This document shows, piece after piece, positions 61,707 through 64,000 of a stretch of 64,000 nucleotides of DNA. Position numbers and translations under genes: made by a program. The first letter of the stretch is position 1; every line of letters starts with the position of its first letter. The notes under the pieces are model-generated. The model had not been told where the DNA came from. It ran no database searches and saw only the letters and a list, made by a program, of their open reading frames with translations. Origin of the DNA: the human T2T-CHM13v2.0 reference genome, Homo sapiens; the NCBI RefSeq assembly GCF_009914755.1, contig NC_060925.1; one strand, 5' to 3'.

Positions 61707-62201
61707 AAAGAAAAATTGAACTTGAGTGCACTTAAGGAGGTCACAGTCAGTCTATTCAGGGAACAACTATTATGTAAATGTGATTTGAAGTTGAATTTTT
61801 AAATAGTTACAAAATAAATAAGGGCAATAGACACAAAATATATCTGGCCGTTCTGAAATAATCCATAATAGCTGTTTCCACATTTTCTCTGAAAGAAATT
61901 AAAACTTTCCAACTTTTCAACTTCTGACATATTAAATGTTAAATTTTGAGAGCCCTTGCCAAGAATAAGGACATAATAACTCCTCTTTCTGGGAAGACTT
62001 TAGCTGTGATTATGATGCAGGGACATTTTGGAATGAATTTACAAGTTTCAAATATATTTTGTATTCTTGTAGTAATTACAAAAAGTATTTAAGACATTCA
62101 ACTCACCAAAACTTCCAACATTCTGGGATGCTTCGGTGCTTTAATATAAATATCCAACAAATCTGAGACACATTTTATGTACATATGTATATATATGAAT
62201 A

Positions 62202-62230
62202 GATGATGATGATAGATAGATAGATAGATA
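62202..62230. repeat. (GAT)n(GATA)5 microsatellite
   Basis: gatgatgatgatagatagatagatagata. Confidence 0.85.
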
Positions 62231-62486
62231 ATGTGTATCAAACACTACCCCTACTGGCAAATGGTGGCTGAGATCTGTGTACAATTTAAAAACATTCCAA
62301 TAAACTGCAAAACACACCTGCTGACCTCGTCCATTATTTGTGGCCAAAGTGAAGCAAGGACCAGAGGAGCGACCAGCACATGTGAAGACCTAAAAGGTGT
62401 TTGCTCAGTAAATTGAGGGGGAGCAGGAGGGCAGGGAGATGCGGGGTTTCCTAAGAAATCTCTGCTGCTCTTTAGGAAATGGCCAT

Positions 62487-62522
62487 CACTATCATTAAGC
62501 CACTATCATTAAGCCACTATCA
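62487..62522. repeat. 14-bp tandem repeat (cactatcattaagc) x2.5
   Basis: Read directly. Confidence 0.9.
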
Positions 62523-62629
62523 ACAGCTCAACCAGGACACGGGACAGATAAGGGAACACTATCCACACACAGTGAACTGGCCCCCTGTTCATTCTTCTTC
62601 TGTACCCGCTTGTTTGACTTTCATGTAAA

Positions 62630-62930
62630 TTGCTTAATGCATGTTTAACTTGGGGATTTATTATAAGTATAAATGGAGTCAAACCTTTATTTGAAGCATA
62701 CAGCATCCCAGGAATTGTTCTAATACTAATACTAAAATTAATACTTTACATTTCTTCTTTCCCAAGAGCCTATGAGTTACTTCCTATTATTTTCTCTCTT
62801 TACATATTAAAAAATGCAGGTTCTCAGGGTACCTGCCTAATATCACACACCTAACCTGAGATAGAACGCACGTCTCAGCCCGAGAGTGAGAGCCAGCGCA
62901 CGTAACTCTGCCTGATTCCTCTCAGGGACA
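62630..62930 (-). promoter_or_regulatory. Candidate promoter for the OR2T gene
   Basis: Several O/E-like sites (tcccaggaa ~62706, ttcccaagag ~62759, ttctcaggg ~62821, ctctcaggga ~62919) upstream of minus-strand TATAATAAA (~62657-62665); ~2.5 kb 5' of the ATG. Motif-only. Confidence 0.3.
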
Positions 62931-63789
62931 CCATCCTCCCTCTGCAGTCTACACTTTGGATTTAGGCCACTGTCTGTGGGTTTCATCAAGGAAACATAAA
63001 ATGATTGAGACATTGTTTCTAGTGTTTTGTAACCCTCAGAAATAATCCCCTCTCAAAAGAAAATCAGTCACTTTTCCTCTATAAAACTTCAGTGACAGGA
63101 AAATAAATACATCATTGTATGAAAATCTAAAACTATAGAATATATATTATTATGTCCATAAATAATTGGAAATTAAAAATCCATTTACCATTATGTCACA
63201 GTAAATAAGTGTTGTATAGAAGTTATAAGAAAGAATAACATTTGCTTTTCTCCATTAAAAACAGATGATAAAGAAAAAATGAGGAAATGCTGTGAAGAAC
63301 TAATAGAACGTTTCAGAAGCAGAACAAGTCGAGAGCAGTGATGACCCTTTTGTTCCTGCTAGTACCTCCTGTCTGTCTGGCCGAACTCACCATCAGATGA
63401 TGTCTTGAACCTCACCTAGATGGGCTGGTGGTGTGTGGCCAGGTTAAGAGCACCAACAGGAGTAAGAAAGTGACCTGCCTGGTTTTACCGTGTGTACTAG
63501 GGGAGGGGTTGAAAGCTTTCGGTTGATACATCACCTCTGGGAGTTGAAGAAGAATGCAATTAAGAGAGCTAAAGAAGTCAGTAGGTATCTCTCCTGAACA
63601 ATTCTGGTTTTCTTCTAATAGCTTTTACAATTTTTACCTCTGTTATGAAATGCAAACTTTTAACCAATATTAGTAATAGTAATCTCAAATCTCATCATCA
63701 TCAAAATCTTATTTATGAAATATAGGAGTTAGTTCATATACAGCCTTAGCCTTTTCCACATTATAAAATATATTCCATATATATGTGTG

Positions 63790-63960
63790 ATCTTCATTTA
63801 ATATTCAAGTAAATGTTGTAAGATATTGTTATTTTTATTCTAACATTTCACAGGTATAGAATCTGAAACTCAGAGGTCAACTGATGTGTCAAAGATACCT
63901 CCACAAATCAGTACCTTGATTAAAACTAAAATTGGAGTCATCTTCATATCTCCATCTTTC
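63790..63960 (-). mobile_element. MIR fragment
   Basis: ttatttttattctaacatttcacaggtatagaatctgaaactcagaggt matches the MIR core. Confidence 0.55.
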
Positions 63961-64000
63961 TCCCTCTTCATTAGGACCGATTGTAGTCTGTTTCCCTCTC

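Overview
AT-rich, repeat-dense primate (almost certainly human) genomic DNA from an olfactory receptor (OR) cluster; gene content matches my recollection of the chr1q44 OR2T/OR2G cluster. The dominant structure is a large inverted segmental duplication: left arm 1-17501 (runs off the window) mirrors right arm 37987-55471 at near-identity, around a ~20.5 kb unique spacer. The spacer holds an intact OR2G6 (minus strand), a near full-length but broken young L1 nested in an older 5'-inverted L1, a second 5'-inverted L1, Alus and LTR remnants. Each arm carries a 3'-only OR pseudogene fragment, a candidate OR promoter and many old L1/L2 pieces. An intact OR2T5/OR2T29-type gene lies at 59213-60160. 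Best leads: (i) a ~670 bp non-repeat-looking insert in both arms whose frameshifted translation resembles the conserved core of a bornavirus-like nucleoprotein (by-eye hypothesis only); (ii) the OR2G6 CDS in a potentially invertible spacer faced by two inward-pointing promoter copies; (iii) patchy arm identity suggesting gene conversion; (iv) a 100-bp tandem repeat that includes the OR2G6 stop codon. All repeat subfamily names and identities are by-eye estimates; no searches were run.
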